A stretch of DNA of 64,000 nucleotides from Terriglobales bacterium (GCA_036008085.1 DASYOD010000041.1:9695-73694), one strand, 5' to 3'; positions 48,373 to 57,854 are shown, counted from the stretch's first letter. Notes: generated by a model from the letters alone, not told the origin. Numbers and translations: made by a program.

Positions 48373-48800
48373 AAAAAGTCAGCCTCCAAGCCGATTTAAG
48401 TCCTCAAATTTGGATGCTGGCACTTTCGCAGCTGTTGGTTCCAGAAAACGAGTCTTTTACCGGGTATCGCGCGAATCGGTCTTTCGTATCAGCGCGTCCG
48501 GTCATTTTTCGATCGGCCATCTAAAGGCCGATCAAGCCTGGCCGGTACGTTCTGCGGGTTCGCGAGCTTCGTGACACTGAACCCCGCCAATGGCAGGAGA
48601 GTTAGTGAATAAGCGAAACCGAGCGTAGATTCTTTGTGCATTGGTGTCCGGGCTTGGCCGAAAAGCCCATAGCCAGCGCCCCGATCGCCCGCTATCTCCT
48701 AGAGAGGATTGCCTTTGACGTGAAAAGCGAAACGAAAGCTATGCGGCCGGCACCACTAACATGATGGTTTGCCCAATTGACGAAGTTCAAGGGTAGAGGT

Positions 48801-49409
48801 ATGCTTTGCGGCCAAGATGTTCCTAGTATGGGGTATGCAGTGAGTACATCGAAGCCAGTTACTGAGTTGTTAGTAAAGTGGAAAGGCGGAGATGCGCATG
48901 CCCTTCAGGCGTTAATGCCGCTGGTTTACGGGGAGCTTCGGCGTGTAGCCCATCGCCATCTGCAAGGCGAGCGCCCCAACCACACCTTGCGAAGCACCGA
49001 ACTGGTGCACGAAGCGTATCTTCGCCTGGTCGATCAGAAGCCATCTGAATTCGAGAGCCGTTCACATTTCCTTGCGGTGTTAGCGCTGTTGATGCGTGAG
49101 ATCCTCGTCGACTACGCCCGTCGGCGTCGCGCCGCCAAACGCGGCTATGGATGCAAAATTACACTGGATCCCGCTATGGCAGTCCCCGAAGAGCAGCATC
49201 TGGACGTGCTAGCCCTGGATGACGCCCTGAAGGAACTCGAGCGTTTCGATCCCCCGCAAGCGCGAGTTGTTGAATTGCGATTTTTCGGCGGCCTTTCCAT
49301 CGATGAGGTGGCTGATGTACTTAAAATCTCTCCTGCGACGGTGAAGCGCGAGTGGGCAACCGCACGAGCGTGGCTCTATCGTGAACTCAACCGGACCGCA
49401 GAGGCGTGA
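48801..49409 (+). CDS. ECF-type sigma-70 family factor (kinase-associated type)
   Basis: LLVKWKGGDAHALQALMPLVYGELRRVAHRHL...LVHEAYLRL (region 2) and LSIDEVADVLKISPATVKREW (region 4). I prefer the ATG at 48801 after GGGTAGAGG over the TTG at 48777. Confidence 0.8.
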   Translation: MLCGQDVPSMGYAVSTSKPVTELLVKWKGGDAHALQALMPLVYGELRRVAHRHLQGERPNHTLRSTELVHEAYLRLVDQKPSEFESRSHFLAVLALLMREILVDYARRRRAAKRGYGCKITLDPAMAVPEEQHLDVLALDDALKELERFDPPQARVVELRFFGGLSIDEVADVLKISPATVKREWATARAWLYRELNRTAEA

Positions 49410-49443
49410 CCGAAGAATGCTCAGAACATTGAGCATGGTGTAA

Positions 49444-52110
49444 ATGAACTGGCGGTGTTCGATGATTCGGGAGCATTGGGGATCTGTAAAAGAAAAGCTG
49501 CAAGCGGCGCTCGATCTCGAACCTGAGAAACGCCGTGCCTACCTGGATGAGGCGGCAGGTTCGGATCCAGAATTGCGCCGCGAACTGGAATCGCTGCTCG
49601 TTGCCCACGAAAAGGCTGGCACCGATTTCCTGAATACTCCGACGGCACCCGCGACTGCAATGGCGGAAACCACGAAGCGGTCTGAAATCTTTATTGGCAG
49701 ACGCATCGGGCCTTTTCAAATTATCAATCAAATTGGCGCGGGCGGAATGGGCGAAGTTTATCGCGCCTTCCGCATCGATGAGTACGAAAAAGAAGTTGCG
49801 ATAAAGGTCGTACGTGCCGGCCAGGAGTCAGGATTCTCAGTCAGCCGCTTCAAGAACGAGCGACAGATCCTGGCCAGGCTTGATCATCCCAACATCGCTC
49901 GGCTGTTAGACGGCGGTACCACCGACGACGGTCTGCCGTATTTCGTCATGGACTTTATCGAGGGAAAGCCGATTGACGAGTATTGTGTAAGCCATAAGCT
50001 TCCGACCGAAGATCGATTAAAGCTATTTTCGCAGGTGTGTTCTGCGGTGCAATATGCGCATCAGCGTCTTATCATTCATCGCGACATCAAACCCAGCAAC
50101 ATTGTTGTAACCTCCGACGGCACGCCCAAGCTGCTGGACTTCGGTATCGCAAAGATTTTGGACCCAGAGGCGCCTGCTGGCCAATTCGAACGCACGCTAA
50201 CTATATTTCGCGCCCTCACTCCCGGCTACGCCAGCCCTGAACAAGTCAAGGGAGAAACCATCACGACAGCGAGTGACGTTTATTCATTGGGCGTCGTGCT
50301 GTACGAACTGCTCACCGGGCGTCATCCCTATCGCAAACCCAATAGCACAGCCCAAGAAATGTCTCGCGCAGTGTGCGAAGTAGAACCAGAAAAACCCAGT
50401 ACGGCAGTTAGAAGGAGAACCGCAGATGAAATCGCTCGCGAACCGCGTTCGCTCGCTTTATCAGACGGCCGTGACAACTCTACAGAAAAGCTAAGCAAGA
50501 GATTACGCGGCGACATAGACAACATTGTTCTGATGGCGTTGCGCAAAGAGCCACAGCGACGCTACGCGTCGGTCGAACAATTTTCCGAGGATATCCGTCG
50601 TCATCTGGAGAATCTTCCTGTCCTGGCGCGCAAGGATACTGTCAGCTATCGCACCTCAAAATTTGTCAGCCGGCACAAGGCTGGAGTAGTTACCGCAATT
50701 TTGTTGACTCTGACTTTGCTGGGCGCATTGGCGATTACCCTTTGGGAAGCCCGCGTGGCACGGCAACAGGCCGCGGTTGCGCGAGCCCAGCAGTCCAGGG
50801 CAGAGCGTCGTTTCAATGACGTACGCAAATTGGCTAATTCCCTGATATTCGAGGTCCACGATTCGATTAGAAACCTCCCGGGGGCAACTCAAGCGAGAAA
50901 GCTCGTGGTCGGTCGAGCACTTGAATATCTGGATAGTTTGTCACGCGAAGCAAGCGGCGACCCTGCGCTGCAGAGCGAATTGGCGACCGCATATGACAGC
51001 GTGGGAGATGTGCTTGGCTCTACGGATAATCCGAACCTCGGTGATTTCGAAGGTGCCGCGGCAAGCTATGCCAAAGCGTTAACCATCTGGGAAGCGCTAG
51101 CCGCTGCAAACCCGAGCGACGTGAAGGTCCAGCTTGGTCTGGGGAGTGAGTATTTCAGAACAACGCAAGTGCTCGAAAATATTGGCGATTTCGCGAAAGC
51201 CCGCTCCACCATGGAACGAGCACAACCCCTCGTGCAAAGAATGATGACCGAGCAGAACGATCCCAGACTGCAATTTCAACTTGCTGGTCTTTATTACTAC
51301 ACGGCTGGGGCGCTTGAGAAGACCGGCGATTTCTCTGGTGCCTTGCAAAATTATCGGCAGGCCGCCGCTGTTCTCGAACCGATTGCAGCCCAGCCAGGGA
51401 GCAACATTTTTGGACGCGCCTATTTACCGGTAAATTACGACGGGATAGCAAGAATGCAGGCGGAAACCGGCCAGATCGATGAGGCGGTCACCATGGCATC
51501 CAATGCACTTCATATTTTAAAGACCTTGTCGGAAGCTAATCCTACCAATGCCACTTTTCGTGAGTATATGGCGGACGCATATGGGACCTCGGGCGACATT
51601 CTGCGAAAAAAGGGAGACTATGAAGCAGCGCTCGCGATGTATCGCCGAGACGAGGAGACATGCAAGGAGTTGAAGTCCGCTGACGCCAATAATCAGCAAT
51701 CGATTATAAATTTGGGGTTTAGTAAAGCGAATATCGGTGAGATTCTTATGAGACAAGGAAAAGTCTCTGCGGGCCTGCGCAGCATTCATGAGGCTATCGC
51801 CGTTTTCCGGACCGCGCCGGGTTTCAAGAATTTATGGATCGACAGTGGGTTAAGTGCGTCTTACGCCGATGTGGGGGCTGGCTACATAGCGCTGGCGGAG
51901 CGGGCCGTTTCTCGGACCGAGAGATTAGAGTATTGGCGTGAAGCAAGGTCCTGGTATCAAAAAGGCATGGATGTATGGGCAAACAATCCGAAATCTGGTG
52001 GACTGGATGCCTTTGGTCACAATCAACCTGCGCAAATCAATCAGGAAATTGCAAAATGCGATCTGCGTTTGGGAGCCCTAACAGGTGCGCGAACGCCGCC
52101 CAAGGAGTAG
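49444..52110 (+). CDS. transmembrane Ser/Thr protein kinase with extracytoplasmic TPR-like repeats
   Basis: 888 aa. Kinase motifs: GAGGMGEVYRA, VAIK, HRDIKPSNI, DFGIAK, SPEQ. The TM segment is VVTAILLTLTLLGALAITLW, followed by about 430 aa of TPR-like helices. Confidence 0.9.
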   Translation: MNWRCSMIREHWGSVKEKLQAALDLEPEKRRAYLDEAAGSDPELRRELESLLVAHEKAGTDFLNTPTAPATAMAETTKRSEIFIGRRIGPFQIINQIGAGGMGEVYRAFRIDEYEKEVAIKVVRAGQESGFSVSRFKNERQILARLDHPNIARLLDGGTTDDGLPYFVMDFIEGKPIDEYCVSHKLPTEDRLKLFSQVCSAVQYAHQRLIIHRDIKPSNIVVTSDGTPKLLDFGIAKILDPEAPAGQFERTLTIFRALTPGYASPEQVKGETITTASDVYSLGVVLYELLTGRHPYRKPNSTAQEMSRAVCEVEPEKPSTAVRRRTADEIAREPRSLALSDGRDNSTEKLSKRLRGDIDNIVLMALRKEPQRRYASVEQFSEDIRRHLENLPVLARKDTVSYRTSKFVSRHKAGVVTAILLTLTLLGALAITLWEARVARQQAAVARAQQSRAERRFNDVRKLANSLIFEVHDSIRNLPGATQARKLVVGRALEYLDSLSREASGDPALQSELATAYDSVGDVLGSTDNPNLGDFEGAAASYAKALTIWEALAAANPSDVKVQLGLGSEYFRTTQVLENIGDFAKARSTMERAQPLVQRMMTEQNDPRLQFQLAGLYYYTAGALEKTGDFSGALQNYRQAAAVLEPIAAQPGSNIFGRAYLPVNYDGIARMQAETGQIDEAVTMASNALHILKTLSEANPTNATFREYMADAYGTSGDILRKKGDYEAALAMYRRDEETCKELKSADANNQQSIINLGFSKANIGEILMRQGKVSAGLRSIHEAIAVFRTAPGFKNLWIDSGLSASYADVGAGYIALAERAVSRTERLEYWREARSWYQKGMDVWANNPKSGGLDAFGHNQPAQINQEIAKCDLRLGALTGARTPPKE

Positions 52111-52316
52111 AGCTGGGTAGCCTGACGTCTGTTTCCTTTGTGACTGCCGTTCTCGACCACAACGAGGTTAACTAGGGTCGCGAGAAACGTTGAAGCGACA
52201 ACTGGGCATTGGGCACGTTTTGCGGTGAAACGCTCCTTGAAATTGGCTTATCGCGTGGTCACGAATTCTGTAAAATACGCAATTGGATTCCATCTGGGTG
52301 ACGCCGCCGATCAATC

Positions 52317-53354
52317 ATGGCCGACAGTGCTACCATTCGCGATTCTCAGGTCCCGCCAACCATTTCAGAAATCCACGTCCTCTGGATAACCGCCGGTCTG
52401 GGTTGTGACGGCGACACGATTGCCATGACTGCCGCGATGCAGCCCAGTATTGAAGATGTTGTACTGGGCTCCATGCCATGGATTCCGAAAGTGCATCTTC
52501 ACAATCCCTTTCTCGCCCAGGAGAATGGTGAAGACTTTCTAAGGCATTTTCATCTCGCCGCCAATGCTGAATTGGCTCCTTTCATTCTGGTGATTGAAGG
52601 ATCCATTCCGAACGAGAACAATAAAGATGAAGGTTACTGGGCGTCTATGGGTACCGATCAGAAAAGCGGCCAACCCATAACTACGTGTGAGTGGATCGAC
52701 CGGCTCGCGCCCCGCGCCTGGGCAGTGGTGGCGGCAGGAACGTGTGCTACTTACGGTGGCATTCACGCGATGGAGGGAAATCCCACGGGATGCATGGGGC
52801 TTCCGGATTACCTGGGATGGCAGTGGAAATCGGCCGCGAACATCCCGATTGTGTGCGTGCCGGGATGTCCGGTACAGCCGGATAATTTCATGGAGACGCT
52901 GCTGTACCTTTTATATATGGCTGCGGGGCGCGCTCCCATGATTCCGCTGGATGCTGCGTTGCGCCCAACCTGGCTGTTCGGCGCCACGGTTCATGAGGGC
53001 TGCGATCGAGGCGGCTACTACGAGCAGGGTGAGTTTGCCGACGAATATGGATCGCCCCTCTGCATTGTGAAGTTGGGCTGCTGGGGTCCCGTAGTGCAGT
53101 GTAATGTGGGAAAACGTGGGTGGATGGCTGGAATTGGCGGTTGTCCCAACGTCGGTGGAATTTGCATTGGATGCACGATGCCGGGTTTTCCTGACAAGTT
53201 TATGCCGTTCATGGATCAGCCGCCGGGTTCGTTGCTCTCATCGAATGCAGTGATGACTTATGGCAGAGCCATTCACGCACTGCGCCGGTTCACGCAGGCG
53301 TCGTTGAATAAAGAGCCGAGTTGGCGGCGAAAAGGAACTGAGGCAAACGTGTAG
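52317..53354 (+). CDS. [NiFe]-hydrogenase small-subunit homolog (Fe-S subunit), no Tat signal, no adjacent large subunit
   Basis: 345 aa with motif series VLWITAGLGCDGDT, AAGTCATYGG, VPGCP, HEGCDR, CIVKLGCWGPVVQC, GGCPNVGGICIGCTMPGFP. This is the ligand pattern for proximal, distal and medial clusters of group 1/2 small subunits. Confidence 0.8.
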   Translation: MADSATIRDSQVPPTISEIHVLWITAGLGCDGDTIAMTAAMQPSIEDVVLGSMPWIPKVHLHNPFLAQENGEDFLRHFHLAANAELAPFILVIEGSIPNENNKDEGYWASMGTDQKSGQPITTCEWIDRLAPRAWAVVAAGTCATYGGIHAMEGNPTGCMGLPDYLGWQWKSAANIPIVCVPGCPVQPDNFMETLLYLLYMAAGRAPMIPLDAALRPTWLFGATVHEGCDRGGYYEQGEFADEYGSPLCIVKLGCWGPVVQCNVGKRGWMAGIGGCPNVGGICIGCTMPGFPDKFMPFMDQPPGSLLSSNAVMTYGRAIHALRRFTQASLNKEPSWRRKGTEANV

Positions 53355-53379
53355 TTGAGGTCGATTTTTTGTGAGGTGC

Positions 53380-54993
53380 ATGGACATGGTCTTCGGGGGC
53401 CAAAGCGCAACAGAACGAACTGCCCACCAGGACTTGAACTTGAGTGAAGTCGTGAGTGTAAGCCAGGCAGAAACTCTTCTTGCGGATCTCGCCGCGATGT
53501 TCCTTACCGATCCCTCCCAGCCGGTTACGTCGGGTCCCGAAGGAAGCGGGGACGAGTCCGAAGAGCAACTGCCTAACGTTGACGCTATCTACCGGGCTTT
53601 GGTCGAGCAAATTCCTGCAGTTGTTTTCATGGCCCATTTGGACCGAGGCATCGGAGAAGCTTATGTGAGCCCACAGATTGAAGCCAGCCTGGGTTTTTCG
53701 CAGGAAGAATGGCTGGAAGATCCGATTCGCTGGTATCAGCAAATCCACCCCGAGGACAAACAACGATGGAGCGTCGAGGCAGCGCAGATGTTTCTCTCGG
53801 GCACGCCGCTGCGGTCGGCGTATCGCGTGATAGCGCGAGATGGCAAAGTGGTGTGGTTTCATTGCGAAGCCAAGATGATTCGGCGCAAGAACGGCCGGCC
53901 ATGGTTCATCCACGGCATTGCGTTTGACATCACTGAGCTGAAGCGGACGGAAGAAGCGCTGCAGGAAGAACGCAACGTAGTTTCGGCGATACTGCACACG
54001 GTCGGCGCTTTGGTGGTGGTGCTGGATCCGCAAGGCCGCATCGTCCGTTTCAACCGGGCTTGTGAGCACGTCTCTGGTTATTCCTTCGAAGAGGTCAAGC
54101 ATAAATATTTCTGGGATTTGTGCGTGGTTCCGGAAGAAGCACAACGGTTCAAGATTCTTATTGAACAATTGCGTGTCGAGCATGCGTCCAAGGACTATGA
54201 AACTTCGTGGGTAGCGCGGGATGGCTCGCAGCGGCTGATCGCCTGGTCAAGCACGATACTCCCCGGTGATGATGGAGCGCCAGCCTACATCATCGCCACT
54301 GGCCTTGATATCACAGAGCGCAAGCGTCTGGAGACGGCAATTCTGGAAATTGGCGCGGAAGAACAACGTCGTATTGGTCGTGATCTGCATGATGGTCTTG
54401 GGCAACAACTGACTGGGATTGCGTTTCTGAGCAAGGTTCAAGAGCAGAAACTGGCAGAAAAAAGCCTTCCGGAAGCGGCCGAAGCAGCCCGGATCGTGGC
54501 GATGGTTAATGAGGCCATTCAGAAGACTAGAGAACTGGCGCATGGCGTTTCACCCGTGATATCAGACGCTCATGGTCTAATGTCGGCCTTGAAGCGATGG
54601 GCGGCTGAGGTCGAAGACTTATTCAACATTTCTTGCTGCTTACGCATTGATGAACCTGTTCTTATTTATGACGCCAATATGTCTACCCATCTGTATCGGA
54701 TTGCGCAGGAAGCCGTGAATAACGCCATCAAGCACGGGCGGGCCAAAAATATAACAATCAGCCTCTCTGCCAGTAAGGAATCCGGTACCTTGAGAATAGA
54801 AAACGACGGTTTGGACCTAGCGGAACTTCCCAGGAATGGCGCAGGCATGGGGATGCAAATCATGAACTATCGAGCGCGAATGATTGGCGGATCGCTTAAA
54901 GTCGAGTGCGGCGCCAGAGTCCGCGGGCTTGCCATCACATGTCAATTCCCATTGACAAGGGGCGAGCAAAGGAAGAGAAAGGTTGGCTCATGA
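53380..54993 (+). CDS. soluble sensor histidine kinase, PAS-PAS-HisKA_3-HATPase_c
   Basis: Two PAS-like modules (...WYQQIHPEDK...; ...VLDPQGRIVRFNRACEHVSGYS...), H-box EEQRRIGRDLHDGLGQ, N-box EAVNNAIKHG. No TM segment. Starts 25 nt after the hydrogenase-like gene. Confidence 0.85.
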   Translation: MDMVFGGQSATERTAHQDLNLSEVVSVSQAETLLADLAAMFLTDPSQPVTSGPEGSGDESEEQLPNVDAIYRALVEQIPAVVFMAHLDRGIGEAYVSPQIEASLGFSQEEWLEDPIRWYQQIHPEDKQRWSVEAAQMFLSGTPLRSAYRVIARDGKVVWFHCEAKMIRRKNGRPWFIHGIAFDITELKRTEEALQEERNVVSAILHTVGALVVVLDPQGRIVRFNRACEHVSGYSFEEVKHKYFWDLCVVPEEAQRFKILIEQLRVEHASKDYETSWVARDGSQRLIAWSSTILPGDDGAPAYIIATGLDITERKRLETAILEIGAEEQRRIGRDLHDGLGQQLTGIAFLSKVQEQKLAEKSLPEAAEAARIVAMVNEAIQKTRELAHGVSPVISDAHGLMSALKRWAAEVEDLFNISCCLRIDEPVLIYDANMSTHLYRIAQEAVNNAIKHGRAKNITISLSASKESGTLRIENDGLDLAELPRNGAGMGMQIMNYRARMIGGSLKVECGARVRGLAITCQFPLTRGEQRKRKVGS

Positions 54994-55679
54994 TTCCTAA
55001 ACAAATCAACAACAATTTCCCCGCCAAAAAGAAAACAGTGTTCGTGGTTGATGATCATCCTATTGTGCGCCAGGGCTTGACGCTCCTCATTAATCGGGAA
55101 AGCGATCTCGTGGTGTGTGGTGAAGCCGAAGAAATGCAATGTGCGCTGTCGACGATTCACAGCACCAGACCGGACATCCTTATTGTAGACATCTCGCTCA
55201 ATGGTCCGGATGGGTTAGAGCTGTTAAAAAACATCCGAATAACGTCTCCACGTCTTCCCGTCCTGATTCTTTCCATGCACGATGAATCGATCTATGCGGA
55301 ACGGGCCTTGCGGGCCGGGGCAAACGGTTACATCATGAAGCAGGAAGCCACAGAGAAGGTGCTGGTGGCGCTGCGTCGCATTTTGAGCGGTGAAATTTAT
55401 GTGAGCGATCGAATTGCGAACAGCATGTTGCGACACTACGTTCGCGGCGCCAGCCCTTCAGAACATACGTCAGTGTCCGATCTTACGGACCGCGAGCTGG
55501 AAGTTTTTCGGCTAATTGGCGAAGGTCAGGGAACACGTCAGATTGCCGAGGCCCTGCACCTTAGCGTGAAAACGGTCGAGTCCTACCAGGCGCATATTAA
55601 AGAGAAACTCTCTCTGCGAAGTGCGCGCGAACTGGTTCAGCACGCGGTGGAATGGAATGTGCGCGAAAAAACGGCGTGA
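54990..55679 (+). CDS. NarL/FixJ-type response regulator (REC + LuxR HTH)
   Basis: KTVFVVDDHPIVRQGL...DILIVDISL and the HTH LTDRELEVFRLIGEGQGTRQIAEALHLSVKTVESY. The ATG overlaps the kinase stop (ATGA). Confidence 0.9.
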   Translation: MIPKQINNNFPAKKKTVFVVDDHPIVRQGLTLLINRESDLVVCGEAEEMQCALSTIHSTRPDILIVDISLNGPDGLELLKNIRITSPRLPVLILSMHDESIYAERALRAGANGYIMKQEATEKVLVALRRILSGEIYVSDRIANSMLRHYVRGASPSEHTSVSDLTDRELEVFRLIGEGQGTRQIAEALHLSVKTVESYQAHIKEKLSLRSARELVQHAVEWNVREKTA

Positions 55680-55723
55680 ACTGTGGTTGGGTCAATAAAG
55701 TTTTCCGGCCAAGTGATTGAGGT

Positions 55724-57391
55724 CTATCGATGGTAATTTTTCACGAACTCCGGAACTGAATCAGCCACGCGCACTTCTCGCTTCGTAGAATCAGGCAGCG
55801 TGACCAGAACCTTCCTCGGGTAATATTCGTCGCTGGGCCAATCGTAGCTGTATACAAAAACTGCTCCACTGCCAAACTGCTGGCGTATAAGAAATCGTTG
55901 CCGGAACCAATTGCGGAGCAGCAGGCGCCTGTTCTCATCAGTGATCTGAGTCATGAGAACTCCGTCGTACTCGTAATGCCTCTCCCGGCCCGAAGACGAG
56001 ACCGCAGACTTCAGCATTCCATCGGCGTTGTACTCGTATTGCGCCCAGTGACCCGCGTCATCCTCTGCCCGCTTGATGCGCGAAGAATCGTCGTACGTGA
56101 ACCTGATCCAGTGTTCATGCGGAGTCCTGATTTCTTGTAAGTTCCGCCGCGAATCGCGCTTCAATTCCAGGCGGTTGCCGTTGGCGTCGCGCATCTCATA
56201 AGGCGCGCCTTGCGCCAGACTGCTGGCGTTATAAGACTCAGGAAACAGCATTTCTGAACCGTCCGCGAGCCTCGTTGTCCATCCATGGCCGTCCCATCGC
56301 GTCGTTGCTTTGTAGAAACAACTGGAGGTTTCTGAATGCTGGAACACCGAGTCCGCATAACCCGTGCCTTTGGAAATTCGATCAAAATACAAGAAGTCGC
56401 CGTCTTCGAGCACGATCATTTGATACGTGTACGGATTTCGCGTACCGATCGGAGCAATGTCATAAGGATGATTGCAATTGCGTCCAAATGCGTGCACCGG
56501 ATTTTGATCTACCCACTCGTTCGACGTATAGGTGCGAGTAAGCGGAACCTTGATGACATCGTCAAGAAAGAGATCGGTCTCGCGCAGCACGAAGTTTCCG
56601 TAGCGCAGGTCAGCTTCGAACCGGTCCACCGGATCGCTGTGCGTCGTAGGCATGGCACAACTGCCAAGCTGAGGAAGCACGCCGCCAGTGCCCACTTGTG
56701 CAAAGACACAGGGGAAATCTCCGTCAAACCGCGCTGCCGCAGCAACCGTATTTCTATATTCCGGCACCGCTGCTGATTGGAGATGAACCTCCACATAAGC
56801 ATTGGGATCGTATTCGACCACTCGCCCGGATACGAGATCTACCTTCTCGTGTAGCTTCTCAAAATCTATCTCGAAGGTAGTGTAAGTCCACGGGCCTGTT
56901 CCCCTGCCGCCAACGACGTGCGCTATCCCATCACCGTTGGGACCGTGCACAGGAATCGTCAGATGCGCTTCTTTCCATCCGGTTTCGTCCTGTTTGATTT
57001 CTCCTTGCAGTCCGGCTGCGATTGCAATCGGCATCCCGATCAGTCGAACGATGTCTGCATTGGCGGCCATCCGCGCCACCGCATCGGTGGCAACGGCTGC
57101 ACGCTGTGTCGCCCGCGATCTTTGGAGGCCAATCCCCACACCGACGCTAACGAGCAGGCACGCCAATAGCAGAGCGAACAGAACGGTCTTGCGGTGGGAG
57201 TAAGGTACCTGTTTGGAATGGCCGCAAAGCGGACAGACTCCACCTTTCTTTACCGCATCCGCAAGAGAGGTCTCAAGAATTTGGTCAACGGTCGTGTTGA
57301 CCTGCTCTTCTGAGGGATCGACTTCAACTCCGCATCCACGGCAATTCATAAGCGTCCCCGGTGGATCCTTGCGCAAGCGTGGGCGGCTCAC
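55724..57391 (-). CDS. zinc-ribbon / TM / Coa1-like / short RHS (YD-repeat) protein
   Basis: 555 aa. N-terminal CRGCG...CPLCGH, then the TM segment VLFALLLACLLVSVGVGIGL. A Coa1-like block follows (IGMPIAIAAGLQGEIKQDETGWKEAHLTIPVHGPNGDG). The RHS-core entry motif is VDRFEADLRYGNFVLRETDLFLDDVIKVPLTRTYTS, followed by a few YD repeats (YEYNADGML...HYEYDG). No C-terminal toxin domain. Confidence 0.7.
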   Translation of the reverse strand: MSRPRLRKDPPGTLMNCRGCGVEVDPSEEQVNTTVDQILETSLADAVKKGGVCPLCGHSKQVPYSHRKTVLFALLLACLLVSVGVGIGLQRSRATQRAAVATDAVARMAANADIVRLIGMPIAIAAGLQGEIKQDETGWKEAHLTIPVHGPNGDGIAHVVGGRGTGPWTYTTFEIDFEKLHEKVDLVSGRVVEYDPNAYVEVHLQSAAVPEYRNTVAAAARFDGDFPCVFAQVGTGGVLPQLGSCAMPTTHSDPVDRFEADLRYGNFVLRETDLFLDDVIKVPLTRTYTSNEWVDQNPVHAFGRNCNHPYDIAPIGTRNPYTYQMIVLEDGDFLYFDRISKGTGYADSVFQHSETSSCFYKATTRWDGHGWTTRLADGSEMLFPESYNASSLAQGAPYEMRDANGNRLELKRDSRRNLQEIRTPHEHWIRFTYDDSSRIKRAEDDAGHWAQYEYNADGMLKSAVSSSGRERHYEYDGVLMTQITDENRRLLLRNWFRQRFLIRQQFGSGAVFVYSYDWPSDEYYPRKVLVTLPDSTKREVRVADSVPEFVKNYHR

Positions 57392-57650
57392 AACTTCACG
57401 ACCGACACATCATAAGCCAGCCCCGCCCAGCATTCCACGTTTCTTTGCGTATGTCCCTGCTGACGGTTCTGAGCCACGGGGTTAACGGCGTCGCCCAATG
57501 AGGGATCCGTTTAGTATTAATCCCCGAAACTTCTCCTGGAGGGTGCCTGGCCTGTTCCGTTTTCCGGACAAGACACACACGAGGGGATCACCTGACGGAA
57601 CTGACTGTAGAATGCGCTCGCTACTCGGAGACCCCACAAGTCTGGTTGTC

Positions 57651-57854
57651 ATGTCCTGTATAAGCTGCAGATCGATCAATCAAGTGCAGTTAGGTTCTGA
57701 GATTTTCATCCATTCCCACGGCGTGAAAGGTGTTGACAGGCCTGGCGTGATGGCATTTCCGACGCTGGTTGTCTGTTTGGATTGCGGCTTTTCGGAATTC
57801 GCTATTCCACAAGCCGAGTTGCATCTGCTAAGGAAACAGGAAGCGGCCGCGTAA
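57651..57854 (+). CDS. 67-aa zinc-ribbon-like hypothetical protein
   Basis: The ATG at 57651 inside track ORF 57498..57854 gives MSCISCRS...VVCLDCGFSEF, i.e. two CxxC pairs. Confidence 0.4.
   Translation: MSCISCRSINQVQLGSEIFIHSHGVKGVDRPGVMAFPTLVVCLDCGFSEFAIPQAELHLLRKQEAAA

Noticed and set aside
48418-48432. TGGCACTTTCGCAGC, sigma-54-like with correct GG/GC spacing, in the gap upstream of the ECF sigma gene.
   Set aside because: The -12 element is CAGC rather than TTGC, and the site is about 370 nt from the nearest plus-strand start. It is too weak to call without a scoring matrix.
52209-52223. TTGGGCACGTTTTGC upstream of the hydrogenase-like gene looks like a sigma-54 promoter.
   Set aside because: The GG-to-GC spacing is 2 nt too short for TGGCAC-N5-TTGC.
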